From an uncultured Thermococci archaeon (GTDB taxonomy: Archaea > Methanobacteriota_B > Thermococci > Methanofastidiosales > B48-G16), in assembly GCA_964595645.1 (NCBI GenBank), contig CAZQQT010000008.1, positions 58,854 to 122,853 of the forward strand: a stretch of 64,000 nt of DNA, written 5' to 3'. The position numbers and the translations under genes are program-made. Of the stretch, positions 9,742-19,865 are shown piece after piece. The notes beneath the pieces are model-generated. The model saw only the letters and a program-made list of their open reading frames with translations, searched no databases and was not told where the DNA came from. Positions within the stretch are counted from its first letter, which is position 1. Each line of letters begins with the position of its first letter.

Positions 9742-10190
9742 AAAAACAGATAATTCTACTTTTTATTATATTGTTACTTTTCTCAGGATGTACTAATGCA
9801 CCTGAGGATACAGAGAAAGTTTCAGAGAGTCCAGAGAAAATAAAAAATGAAAAGCAAAACGTGAAAATAATTGTGACTCATTTTCACGCACATTATCAAT
9901 GTCTCTCATGCAAAAACGTTGGAAAATACGCTCTCAAAACAATTCAAACGTATTTTGCAGAAGAGTATAAAAAAGGCATTATAGAATATAGGAGTATAGA
10001 TGGTGAAGACCCGGATAACTACGATATTGTAAAGAAGTACGGAGTGGATCATAACTCTATCTATTTGAATGTGATTACCAACGGAGAGGAAAATATTTTC
10101 GAAGTGCGGGAAGTATGGCTTTATTGGAATAAAGAGGAAGAATACATGGAATTTTTCAAAGGGCTCCTTGAACAACACCTAGACGAGTAA
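9738..10190 (+). CDS. Second ArsF-family thioredoxin-like lipoprotein
   Basis: Lipobox FSGC; HFHAHYQCLSC...YFAEEYKKGIIEY...VWLY. Confidence 0.75.
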   Translation: MKKQIILLFIILLLFSGCTNAPEDTEKVSESPEKIKNEKQNVKIIVTHFHAHYQCLSCKNVGKYALKTIQTYFAEEYKKGIIEYRSIDGEDPDNYDIVKKYGVDHNSIYLNVITNGEENIFEVREVWLYWNKEEEYMEFFKGLLEQHLDE

Positions 10191-10235
10191 TACTTTGAGG
10201 GGAAATTATTTAATTTTCCCAACTATTCTTATTAC

Positions 10236-10658
10236 ATGGACTACGAACTTCTCGATCATGAGGCGGATGTAGGAATACGAACGTACGGAGAGACGATAGA
10301 AAAGGCGTTTGAAAATGGTGCAAAGGCACTGTTCTCGATCATGGTAGATTTGGAAAAGATAGAATCAAAAAGAGCTGTTTCAATTGAGTGTGACGCCGAT
10401 GAGATAGAGGAACTCTTCGTAGAATGGCTCAATGAACTTCTCGCAGAAAAGGATCTGGAAGAGATGAGTTTCTCAAAATTTGAGGTGACGATTCACAAAG
10501 AGGGAGAAGGCTACCGTCTCGAAGGAAAGGCATGGGGGGAACAGTTCGATTTCACGAAACATGGGGCAAAACTGGAGGTGAAGGCTGCCACGTACTTTGG
10601 GCTGCGAATGGGAAAAAAGAACGATAAGATATTTATAGAATGCGTGGTAGATGTGTAA
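10236..10658 (+). CDS. Archease
   Basis: LDHEADVG, EVKAATY, C-terminal VVDV; directly upstream of rtcB. Confidence 0.95.
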   Translation: MDYELLDHEADVGIRTYGETIEKAFENGAKALFSIMVDLEKIESKRAVSIECDADEIEELFVEWLNELLAEKDLEEMSFSKFEVTIHKEGEGYRLEGKAWGEQFDFTKHGAKLEVKAATYFGLRMGKKNDKIFIECVVDV

Positions 10659-10667
10659 TGTGTGTAG

Positions 10668-12131
10668 GTGAATGCAATGGATCTGCTCAACCTTACAAAA
10701 ATTACCGATTACGAATGGGAACTTCCGCAGCAAGAGAGCATGCGCGTACCGGGTACCATTTACGGGAATAAAAAGATCATCGATCATCTCAAAAAAGATG
10801 TTGAGATGGGGAAGGACTGGAACGCCCTGAAGCAGGTAGCCAATGTAGCGTGTCTTCCCGGAATACAGAAGGCGAGCATCGCATTGAGCGATGTCCACCC
10901 GGGCTATGGATTTCCCATCGGCGGTGTTGCTGCCTTCGATCCCGAAGAAGGTGGAGTCATCACCATGGGGGGTATAGGATTTGATATCAACTGCTCTGTG
11001 ACGAATCTCACGACATCTCTGAAAGAAGACGATGTCAGAAAAAATGCGAAAAAGCTCTTGAATGCACTTTATGACACTGTGCCCGCAGGCCTCGGATCAA
11101 AGGGAGAGATTACATTGAATGTGTCTGAAATTGATGATGTGCTTAGAGGCGGTGCTGAGTGGGCACTTGAACAGGGCTACGGCAGAGAAGAGGATCTAGA
11201 GCTCATTGAAGAGAATGGAAAGGTCGATGAAGCAGATCCGGAGAATGTTAGTATAAAAGCGAAAAAACGGCAGTTAAAGGAGATGGGGACACTAGGTTCC
11301 GGCAACCACTATGTCGAGGTACAGTACGTGGATGAGATATACGATCCCAAAGCTGCAGAGGCCTATGGTATCGAGGAGAACAATGTATTGGTCTCCTTCC
11401 ACTGCGGTTCCCGGGCATTGGGACACCAGATAGGCACGGACTATCTAAAAAAACTCGGCAAAGTCACGAAAAAGTACGGTATACAGATACGAGACAAAGA
11501 ACTCGTCTGTGCTCCCATCAACTCTGAAGAAGGGCAGGAGTACTTTTCCGCGGTTTGTTGTGGAATTAACTGTGCCTTTGCAAACCATCAAGTACTGACA
11601 GGATTAGTAAGAAAGGGATTCAAAAGACTCTTCCCCGATGAAAAACTCCCAAAACTATACTCCATTGGGCACAACACATGTAAGAAAGAGTACCATGAAG
11701 TGAACGGAAAGGAAAAACTTCTTTACGTTCATAGAAAGGGAGCTACCCGAGCCTTTGGACCCGGAAGAAAGGAGATTCCAAAGAAGTACAGGAACGTAGG
11801 ACAGCCTGTGTTAGTCGGCGGGACGATGGGCACGTGCTCTTACATCCTTCGAGGTACTCAGAAGGGTATGGATGCGACATTTGGATCGGCAATCCATGGA
11901 GCAGGACGAGCGATGAGTAGAAAAAAAGCGAAACAGAAATACTGGGGAGAAACGGTGGTAAAAAACTTAGAAAACAAAGGAGTGCATGTCAAAGGACATT
12001 CAATGGCAGGCGTGGCTGAGGAAGCGCCGGGAGCGTACAAAGATATTAACAATGTTGTAGAGAGTATTGACAGAGCCGGCGTGGCAAAAAAAGTTGCCAA
12101 GGTAAAGCCCATACTCAATGTGAAAGGGTGA
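10668..12131 (+). CDS. rtcB: RtcB RNA ligase (probable ATG at 10677)
   Basis: DVHPGYGFPIGG, DINC, GTLGSGNHY, HRKGAT, HGAGR, EEAPGAYK. Confidence 0.97.
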   Translation: MNAMDLLNLTKITDYEWELPQQESMRVPGTIYGNKKIIDHLKKDVEMGKDWNALKQVANVACLPGIQKASIALSDVHPGYGFPIGGVAAFDPEEGGVITMGGIGFDINCSVTNLTTSLKEDDVRKNAKKLLNALYDTVPAGLGSKGEITLNVSEIDDVLRGGAEWALEQGYGREEDLELIEENGKVDEADPENVSIKAKKRQLKEMGTLGSGNHYVEVQYVDEIYDPKAAEAYGIEENNVLVSFHCGSRALGHQIGTDYLKKLGKVTKKYGIQIRDKELVCAPINSEEGQEYFSAVCCGINCAFANHQVLTGLVRKGFKRLFPDEKLPKLYSIGHNTCKKEYHEVNGKEKLLYVHRKGATRAFGPGRKEIPKKYRNVGQPVLVGGTMGTCSYILRGTQKGMDATFGSAIHGAGRAMSRKKAKQKYWGETVVKNLENKGVHVKGHSMAGVAEEAPGAYKDINNVVESIDRAGVAKKVAKVKPILNVKG

Positions 12132-12135
12132 TCAC

Positions 12136-12912
12136 GTGTTTGAAAGAATTTCCGAGAGCGTGTACTGCAGAATTGGGGAAAATGGAGAATCCAATATGGG
12201 GTTTGTGGGCTGTAAGAGATCTATTATTGTGGTGGATACAGCTACCTATCCCTCTCAGACGAAAAGGGACATACAGGAGATGAAAGAGATCACAGAAAAA
12301 CCGATGAAATTTCTTATCAACACCCACTATCATCCAGATCACACCTTTGGAAATATGTACTTTGAGGATATCATCGCACACACGGCATGCCGCAAACTGT
12401 TGAAAAATAGGAGCTCCTTTTATAAAGAGGAGGTACAAAAGGAGGAGGGATTTGAAGATCTCACAATTACGTACCCGAATATTGTATTCCTAGAGAAGAT
12501 GGTACTTTACTGCTCTCCTGAAATCGTACTTACTCGTCTTGGTGGACATACAGAGGGGAGCATTACGGTCTATATTCCTGACGAAAGGATACTGTTTGCA
12601 GGCGATCTCATATTTGAAGGGTCTCATCCGTATCTCGGAGATGCGGATATTCAAGAATGGATAAATGCACTGAAAGTTCTTCTTCAGTGGGACATACAAA
12701 AGGTAGTACCAGGACATGGCGTAGTATGTGATAAAAAGGAACTAAAAAAGCATGTAGATTATCTAACAATTTTTTATGAGAATCTCACAGAATTAAAAGA
12801 AAAATACAGTAAAGATGAGCTCTGTGAAAATCCCGATCTTCTCAAATTGCCCGAAATGAATGGAAGAGAAAGAATAGCGAGAAATATCGAGGCGCAGTAC
12901 GATAGAATTTAA
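12136..12912 (+). CDS. MBL-fold metallo-hydrolase
   Basis: THYHPDH, GGHTEG, AGD, PGHG. Confidence 0.9.
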   Translation: MFERISESVYCRIGENGESNMGFVGCKRSIIVVDTATYPSQTKRDIQEMKEITEKPMKFLINTHYHPDHTFGNMYFEDIIAHTACRKLLKNRSSFYKEEVQKEEGFEDLTITYPNIVFLEKMVLYCSPEIVLTRLGGHTEGSITVYIPDERILFAGDLIFEGSHPYLGDADIQEWINALKVLLQWDIQKVVPGHGVVCDKKELKKHVDYLTIFYENLTELKEKYSKDELCENPDLLKLPEMNGRERIARNIEAQYDRI

Positions 12913-15311
12913 CTCTTTTTATCTTTCCTCGGTCTGGCATACTCCTGCATTTGTTCTGCCATTTCTCTTAGCCGCTTGTCAACTTTGTAGTTTACTGTAT
13001 CCTTTTCAAATTCTCCTTCCGCCGTCCGTTCACCTGCTGGCACTCCAGTGAGAATTTCAATTCCTTCATCCACTGTGTTCACAGGGTAGATATGGAATTT
13101 ACCCTCTTCAACGGCATCTACCACTTCCTCTTTCAGCATAAGGTTCTGTACGTTGCTTCCTGGTATCATCACACCTTGATTTCCTGTAAGTCCTTTCCGT
13201 TTACAGACCTCAAAATATCCTTCTATTTTTTCATTAACGCCGCCAATAGCCTGTATTTCTCCCTGTTGATTGATCGACCCGGTCACGGCGATACCCTGAT
13301 TAATCGGCAGTTCTGAAAGACTGGAGAGAATGGCGTAAAGCTCGGTACTCGAGGCGCTGTCACCTTCTACTCCACTGTAGCTTTGTTCGAAAACGAGGTG
13401 GGCCGAGAGACTCAATGGTTTATCCTGTGCATACTTTCTTTCGAGATATCCACTGAGAATAAGAATGCCCTTTGTGTGAATAGGACCACCAAGTTCTGCT
13501 TCTCGCTCGATATCGATGATTCCTTCTCTTCCCAGACCGATACTAGCTGTGACACGGGATGGTCTTCCAAAGGAGAATTCTCCCGTGCTCATTACAGAGA
13601 GACCATTCACCTGTCCCATGTCTTCTCCCTCTGTATCAATAAGAAGAATCCCTCGCTGGATCATCTCCTGGATTTTTTCCTGAATGAGTTTTGATCGGTA
13701 TATTTTTTCTTCAATTGCTTTTTTCACGTGTGTGGATGTGATAAGGTCTGTGTTTTCCTTCGATGCGTAGAAATCAGCTTCCCTCACAATATCAGCTATC
13801 TCTGAAAATCGAGTGGAGAGTTTCTCCCTGTCATCTGCCAGCCGGGATCCATACTCGATCACTCTCGCTACAGCGGAGGCATCGAGATGTGTGAGATCCT
13901 CTTTTTGGCAGAGAGTACAGATGAAGGCTGCGTACTTTTTCATCGTGACCTCTTCTCTGTCCATTGTTGTATCAAAATCCGCCTTTACCTTGAAAAGTTC
14001 CTTAAAATCCTCATCCAGTGTATACAATGCTTGGTAAATAGCTGAATCTCCGATAAGTACAATTTTTATATCCAAGGGTATTGGAGCAGGTTTCAATCCC
14101 TTGGTGCTGATGTACCCTAGACGTTCTCCCGCTTCTTCAATCACAATCTGCTGCTCTCTCAGCGATCGCTTTAGCCCGCCCCAGGAGAGTGCACTCTGGA
14201 GGAGATCCTTTACAGGGAGTACCAGATATCCACCATTTGCTTTATGGAGCGATCCGGGGCGTATCATGGTGAAATCAGTGTTTAATACACCAAACTGTGC
14301 TTCTTTTTCTGTTTTTCCAAAAAGGTTTGGGTAGGTTGGGTTACGTTCAATGATTACAGGACATCCATCACGATCGGCATTGTCAACAACCACATTTACT
14401 TCATACTTTCTAAACGTAAGCTCTTTCATCAGCCGGGCAGGGAACGCTCCCGACTGATCCTGTGGTTCTTTAATAAACATTTTGAAATTATCCGCAATAT
14501 CCTTTTCTACCGCTTCTATATACGAAATAACGTCAGGAAACTCGTTGTATGTCTCTTTTAGATCGATTATAAGATGTTCTATGGCATTAAGAACGATTTC
14601 TCTATTAAGTTCCTCGATTTTTTCATTTGCCTTCGATTCCAAACCTTTTAATTCTCTCATTGCAGCTCTGAGATCTTCATTGAGTTTTTCTCTCTTTTTT
14701 TTAATCTCTTTCTTCTTTTCCAGGTCCAACTCCCGAAATTCCTCTTCATTGAGCGGTTTACCATCGACGACAGGAAGAATAAGCAGTCCTGTAGGACTAC
14801 TTCTGAGAACAAATCCCTCTTCCTGCGCTCTTTCATTGAGTTGATCGAAAAGCTCTTTTCTCTCTTCTTCAACACCTTTTATTGTTTCTTCTCTTTTTTT
14901 GGCATATTCTTCACTCTCAAATGCTTTTGGGAGTTTCCTTTTTGTGTTATCAATGAGATGTTTCATATCATTTTGAAATGTCTTTCCCTTTCAGGGAGGA
15001 AGTTTTATTGCCTTTGGTTCATAGGAGTTCTCGAAGTTGTTCACATAACACCAGTCATGGGGTACCGGTACTTCTTTGGCGAGGTCTTCTAAAAAACCTT
15101 TTATCGCCGTCTCTCTTCCCGTCCCCGATTTTCCCGCCACATACACATTGAATCCTTCTTTTTTAATATTCAATCCAAATTTAAGTGCGTTTACAGCTCT
15201 TTCCTGCCCGATAATTCCTTCAAGAGGCTGCATATCTTCAGTTGTTTTACAGGGGATAGAGGAAACGTCACACACTTTTCTCAGTTTCTCCGACGAAAGT
15301 TCTTCTGGCAT
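12909..15311 (-). pseudogene. LonC-like AAA/S16 protease interrupted by one in-frame TGA at 14991-14993
   Basis: Track ORFs 14991-15311 and 12909-14966 share a frame (8 sense codons between them); GQERA, GKSGTGRET, GDSASS, GVNEKIEG motifs; 800 codons if joined. Confidence 0.85.
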
Positions 15312-15405
15312 ACCGTCACCTTCTATATAAATATAGGAAAATAATTATTTAAATTTTTCTATAGAATCCCGTTGAATTTTCCAAATTGAAAATTACAGCG
15401 ATTTT

Positions 15406-16596
15406 TTAGCTTTCCATTTCATCAATAGATCTTTTTTCGAGAAGTCCCATGTTCAGGTATGGTTGTGTATATTTTAGGCCCGTTCCCGTATTGAACAGCA
15501 CAACTTTTTCCTTTCTATCAATTTCACCCCAGTACAGTAGTTTTTTGAGGCCTGCGAGTGTTGCAGCTCCCTCCGAGCACGCTGATACTCCTTCCATTGC
15601 CAGTTCTTTCACAGCAGCGACAATTGCTTCATCGCTCACTGTGACAGCTGTACCACCACTCTCTCGCAGTGCTTTGAGAATGAGAAAGTCTCCAAATGCC
15701 TTGGGGACACGTATGCCGTCTGCCACGGTCTGTGGATCTTTCCACTGCTCACATACTGTTTTTCCTTCTTCGAAAGCCTTTACTACAGGTGCACAGCCCT
15801 CTGCTTGGACAGCTACCATCCTCGGAAACTCGGCATTGATCCATCCCATCTGCTCAAGCTCTTTAAATGCTTTCCACATCCCAAGAATGCCGGTACCGCC
15901 TCCTGTGGGGTAGATGATCACATCTGGAAGTTCCCATGAGAACTGCTCTGCAAGCTCAAATCCCATGCTCTTTTTTCCTTCGACTCTATACGGCTCTTTT
16001 GTGGTGGAGACGTCGAACCAGTTGTGTTTTTCCTTTCCTCTATCAACGATCTTTCCAGCATCTGCTATCGATCCCTCTACGAGATAGAGGTAAGCACCAG
16101 TAACCGAACACTCTAACTGAGCTGTCGATGGTGCATCTATTGGCATCACCACGTTGATCTCCATTCCGGCTCTGGCACCGTAGGCGGCCAATGCTCCGCC
16201 GGCATTTCCAGCAGAAGCTATGGCAAGGTCCGTGATACCCAGTTCTTTCGCCCGAGAAACAGCTGCAGAGAGTCCACGAGCTTTAAAGGTACCTGTTGGC
16301 ATCTGTCCCTCGTCCTTTACCCACAAGTTCTTAATATCTGTCGTTTTCAAAGGTATCAGTGGGGTGTACCCCTCACCCAATGATATGATATTGCATTCCT
16401 CCTATACAGGGAGCAGTTCCTTATATCTCCACATATTCGGTGCTCGTGTTCTCAGATCTTTTTTTGATACCGTATCATTAATTTTCTCCACGTCGTACTG
16501 TGCGTACAGAGGAGTGTTGCACGTGTGACAAAAGGTCTGCGGCCTGTCTACCGGAAGTTTCCTTCCACATTTGGTACATACTACTGTCTCCAGCAT
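15406..16596 (-). pseudogene. thrC: Threonine synthase family PLP enzyme interrupted by one in-frame TAG at 16402-16404
   Basis: ...MWRYKELLPV*EECNIISLGEGYTPL... in one frame; PTGTFKARG, PTGGGTG, FNTGTGLKY; 396 codons if joined. Confidence 0.85.
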
Positions 16597-16623
16597 GGGA
16601 TCATCTCACGTACTGTAGTTCTA

Positions 16624-17058
16624 TCAACATTTTAACCTTTCCCACGAGGCAATCCCACCCTCCACCGCACGAAATAGTGGATGTGGTTCTATCTCCTCAA
16701 CATCCTCCAGTTCCTGCGCTTTCTCTGGTGATCGTGCTTGCAGTTTCTTCGTGAGATGAGCAAGTTCGTATCGGAGCTGTCCTTTGGATATGAGGATCTT
16801 TTCATGCTTGTGCAACCTATCTATCTTCGATCTATCGAAATTGTACTTTCTTCTTGTTGCTTCCTTCCAGAGGAAAAAGAGATACGTGTTTATTGCATTA
16901 CAAGGATTATCAGCGTTCTTGAATCGCGTGAGTTGGGGATGGTTCCTATATCCCTTTGTTTTTCCGTCGAGCACGGCCTTTGCCAAAAGAGCCTCTCTCC
17001 ATACTGCCACCAACCCCTGTGCATCAAGATAGTGAGGGTGAATACTCCAGAGCCGCAT
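16624..17058 (-). CDS. Pyrimidine dimer DNA glycosylase / T4 endonuclease V-like family
   Basis: MRLWSIHPHYLDAQGLVAVWREALLA, GYRNHPQLTRF, EATRRKYNFD. Confidence 0.88.
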   Translation of the reverse strand: MRLWSIHPHYLDAQGLVAVWREALLAKAVLDGKTKGYRNHPQLTRFKNADNPCNAINTYLFFLWKEATRRKYNFDRSKIDRLHKHEKILISKGQLRYELAHLTKKLQARSPEKAQELEDVEEIEPHPLFRAVEGGIASWERLKC

Positions 17059-17111
17059 GTTTCATATCTTCCCACAATAGTTATTTAAATATTGAGCTAC
17101 GATGGTATGTC

Positions 17112-17312
17112 ATGAAAGCAGAAGAACCTGAGAAATGTCCAAACTGCGGATCACCAAACATCAGACTGATAGAGAAGGAAGAGTCTGAGTTCACATGGAA
17201 GGTGAGGGCAAATCGATGGATATGTGAGGACTGCGGTGCCCACTGGGATCCAAATGATCCCACCTACTTTGAAGAATGGAAAAAGAAACAGGAGGAAAAA
17301 GATGAGGACTGA
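17112..17312 (+). CDS. Small CPxCG zinc-ribbon protein
   Basis: CPNCGS...WICEDCG; ATG at 17112 downstream of TTTAAATA. Confidence 0.7.
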   Translation: MKAEEPEKCPNCGSPNIRLIEKEESEFTWKVRANRWICEDCGAHWDPNDPTYFEEWKKKQEEKDED

Positions 17313-17372
17313 GTTGTTACTCACCTGCTTTTCTTAAAAAGATTTTTATAGAATGCAATTCAATGATATATA

Positions 17373-18536
17373 ATGATTTCCTTCCGAAAGACTATTTTAA
17401 CGACACTGTTTATTACAATTCTTCTTTTTGCAGGGTGTGTGGAGGAAGATCAGCCTTCTCTATCCCCTGAAAATTCTATCGAATCCCAGCAGTACCCAAA
17501 AATTGCAAGCTGGCTTGCAAAGAAAGATGAGATACTACAGAGTGGAAAGCCGTATAGTCTGGTCATGTCAGGATGGTTCACTCCTGAGGAGGTAGAAACG
17601 ATTAAATCGCGTAACCCAGACGCGTTGTGTCTTGCAGGACTTACAGTGAACTGGGTCTATAACAGCGCAGAGTGGATAACATTTTTAGAAACAGTGGCTT
17701 CTTACGGAAGAGAAGATCCTCTCACCATTCATGAGGACATGTACCTAAAAAATTCACAGGGAGAAAGATGCGCTTTTGGCTGGGCATCTGACGAATGGGG
17801 AAGTGAGGAGATATACGCGATGGATCCACGGAACTCTGAATGGGTAGAACTTATCACCTCTTTTTATAAAAATGTCTTAGCACAGCCACAGCACGATGGA
17901 ATCATTGTTGATATGGTCACAGAGCACTCTTGGTGCCCAGAAATCATCACGAATAGCGAATGGATTCACGCAACACAAGAGATCATGGCACAAATGGAGG
18001 ATCTGAACACAGAAAATAAACTTGTCATTTTCAATGCTGGGAGAGATTTTTCAGAAATCGATAAGTACAGTGAGTATATGGATGGGTATCTCATGGAAAA
18101 TTTTCTCGGTGAACAGTTCGGTGCCGGATTTGATGAAGGTCTCGAGGCTGCCCAAAGGGAGCACATTGTCATTTACGCAGTAGATACTGATAATACTGGG
18201 AAGAAAGACATGAAACGAATGAGACTTGGGCTGACCCTAAGTTTACTTAATGATAATACATATATTTCCTACGATTTTGGTCCGCGAGATCATGGACAGG
18301 CATGGTGGTTCCCGGAATACGATGTGGATCTTGGAGAGCCGTTGGGATCTTATGTCAGTAAAAATGATGCATATTGGCGCGAGTTTGAGGAGGGTATCGT
18401 AGTTGCGTCTCCTCACACCGATACTTCTGTTTCCTTTGAGAAAGTGTATATGGATGTGACCACAGGGGAAACATCACAGCAGTTTGCGATCGAACAGGGA
18501 GATGGGAGGATATTTGTTCTTCCAGACGGGGAGTAA
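17373..18536 (+). CDS. Lipoprotein, putative glycoside hydrolase (GHL15-like TIM barrel)
   Basis: Lipobox FAGC; DGIIVD, GYLMENF, WWFPEYDVDLGEPLG, WREFEEGIVV. Confidence 0.7.
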   Translation: MISFRKTILTTLFITILLFAGCVEEDQPSLSPENSIESQQYPKIASWLAKKDEILQSGKPYSLVMSGWFTPEEVETIKSRNPDALCLAGLTVNWVYNSAEWITFLETVASYGREDPLTIHEDMYLKNSQGERCAFGWASDEWGSEEIYAMDPRNSEWVELITSFYKNVLAQPQHDGIIVDMVTEHSWCPEIITNSEWIHATQEIMAQMEDLNTENKLVIFNAGRDFSEIDKYSEYMDGYLMENFLGEQFGAGFDEGLEAAQREHIVIYAVDTDNTGKKDMKRMRLGLTLSLLNDNTYISYDFGPRDHGQAWWFPEYDVDLGEPLGSYVSKNDAYWREFEEGIVVASPHTDTSVSFEKVYMDVTTGETSQQFAIEQGDGRIFVLPDGE

Positions 18537-18550
18537 GACTCCGTATCATC

Positions 18551-18730
18551 TCACGCGAATGATGTGAGAAAGAATACCATCAATCCTGCGCCCACCACAG
18601 TGAGGACAATGCCACATGCAAAAAGGAATTTTGAATAGTTTTTTTGTTTCTTAGACGCTATAAATTCCGTTATTGTTAGCGTCACTCCAGAAAGGAGGAG
18701 CAGCATTGATAATTCTATTACTCTAAACAT
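18551..18730 (-). CDS. Small two-TM membrane protein (59 aa, below the track cutoff)
   Basis: Manual translation MFRVIELSMLLLLSGVTLTITEFIASKKQKNYSKFLFACGIVLTVVGAGLMVFFLTSFA*; fills the gap between neighbours. Confidence 0.55.
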   Translation of the reverse strand: MFRVIELSMLLLLSGVTLTITEFIASKKQKNYSKFLFACGIVLTVVGAGLMVFFLTSFA

Positions 18731-18819
18731 ATCTTTCCCTCATGCATTTGTTATTTATGTTTTTCGTAATAGACATTCTATCAAAGAGTATTTATTTGTT
18801 CAATGGAATAGTAATGTGT

Positions 18820-19781
18820 ATGGAAACGAAGGTGATACCTCTTGTGATTATTGGGGTTTTTTTGCTTGCGTGTTGCATGCAGCAGGAAAAGGAAGAACAA
18901 CAGAGCACGCAGCTAAGAGGTGTGAGTCTTTCTGCAAAGAGTTTTCAAGAAGAGGACTTTTCGACATTTTTTGAAAAAGCAGCGCAGGCAGGAGATATCG
19001 TGATGTGGGCAGGTGATTGGCTCGAACTCACCAGAGAGGGTGGAGCACCGATAGTCGTCATGGAGCTCGCGTCAACGCATATGAGTACACACCCCTCGTT
19101 GAACTTTCTCTTACCAAGAAAGGAGGACTGAGACGATCACTGAGTGAGAATGTGGAGACCTATACAGAGAGTGCTATTGAGTTTGCCGAGAAATATAACC
19201 CTCCATATCTCGGACTTGGTGTCGAAGTAAATATCCTCTACGAGAACTCACCTGACGATTTCAATGAGTTTGTTATATTCTACAATGACGTGTACAGCTC
19301 TATAAAGGCCGTATCCCCACATACAAAAGTGTTCACTGTGTTTCAGCTGGAGAGAATGAAAGGACTGCAGTTCTGGGCAGATGCGGCTAGTTCAGGCCGT
19401 ACACAGTGGGGGCTGCTTGAAAAGTTCACCTCAGACATTGTTGCTTTCACCACATATCCTTGTCTTGTGTATAAGAATCCATTGGACATTCCCGAAGATT
19501 ATTATACTGAGATTAGCTCCCATACAGAGAAACCGGTGGCATTCACGGAGATCGGGTGGCATACCGAAGCAAGTCCCTCGGGCTGGGAAAGTAGTGAAGC
19601 TGAACAGGCGGCATTTATAGAGAAATTTTTCAGATTAACAGAGGATTTCAATCCTAAACTTTGTATCTGGAGTTTTCTATACGATCAGGATACTATTGAA
19701 CCGTTTAGGAGCATGGGATTATACCATAAAAATGGGAAGCCCAAGAAAGGATGGAATGCTTGGCTCGAAGGAAAAAGTTAA
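18820..19781 (+). pseudogene. Clan GH-A-like (GH53/GH39-like) glycoside hydrolase lipoprotein, frameshifted near 19070-19080
   Basis: Signal peptide with Cys in ORF 18742-19131; catalytic-like GVEVN, FTTYP, FTEIGW, EAEQAAF in overlapping ORF 19017-19781. Confidence 0.7.
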
Positions 19782-19865
19782 AGACGAGAAGGCTATGCTC
19801 ACAAAAGTTACATTAATAAAGAATGAAAGAATAGTAAAGGAAATACAAGATGGAGTTGAGAAGAA

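Noticed and set aside
14991-14993. Selenocysteine at the Lon TGA
   Set aside because: The context is a Pro-Pro-x-Lys-Gly loop rather than a redox Cys position, and no SECIS-like hairpin was recognised; the gene end overlaps a convergent gene.
12909-16596. Genome-wide stop-codon reassignment (TGA or TAG) to explain the two in-frame stops
   Set aside because: TAG ends conserved genes at their expected length (aIF6, pfdA, tbp, apgM) and TGA does likewise (rpl39e, LX, rtcB, aCPSF1), so both function as stops.
17044-17058. Shared N-terminus MRLWS between the DenV-like gene and the secreted protein at 56459 (13/15 nt)
   Set aside because: The match does not extend in either direction, and MRLWS is the family-typical start of the glycosylase, so this is coincidence.
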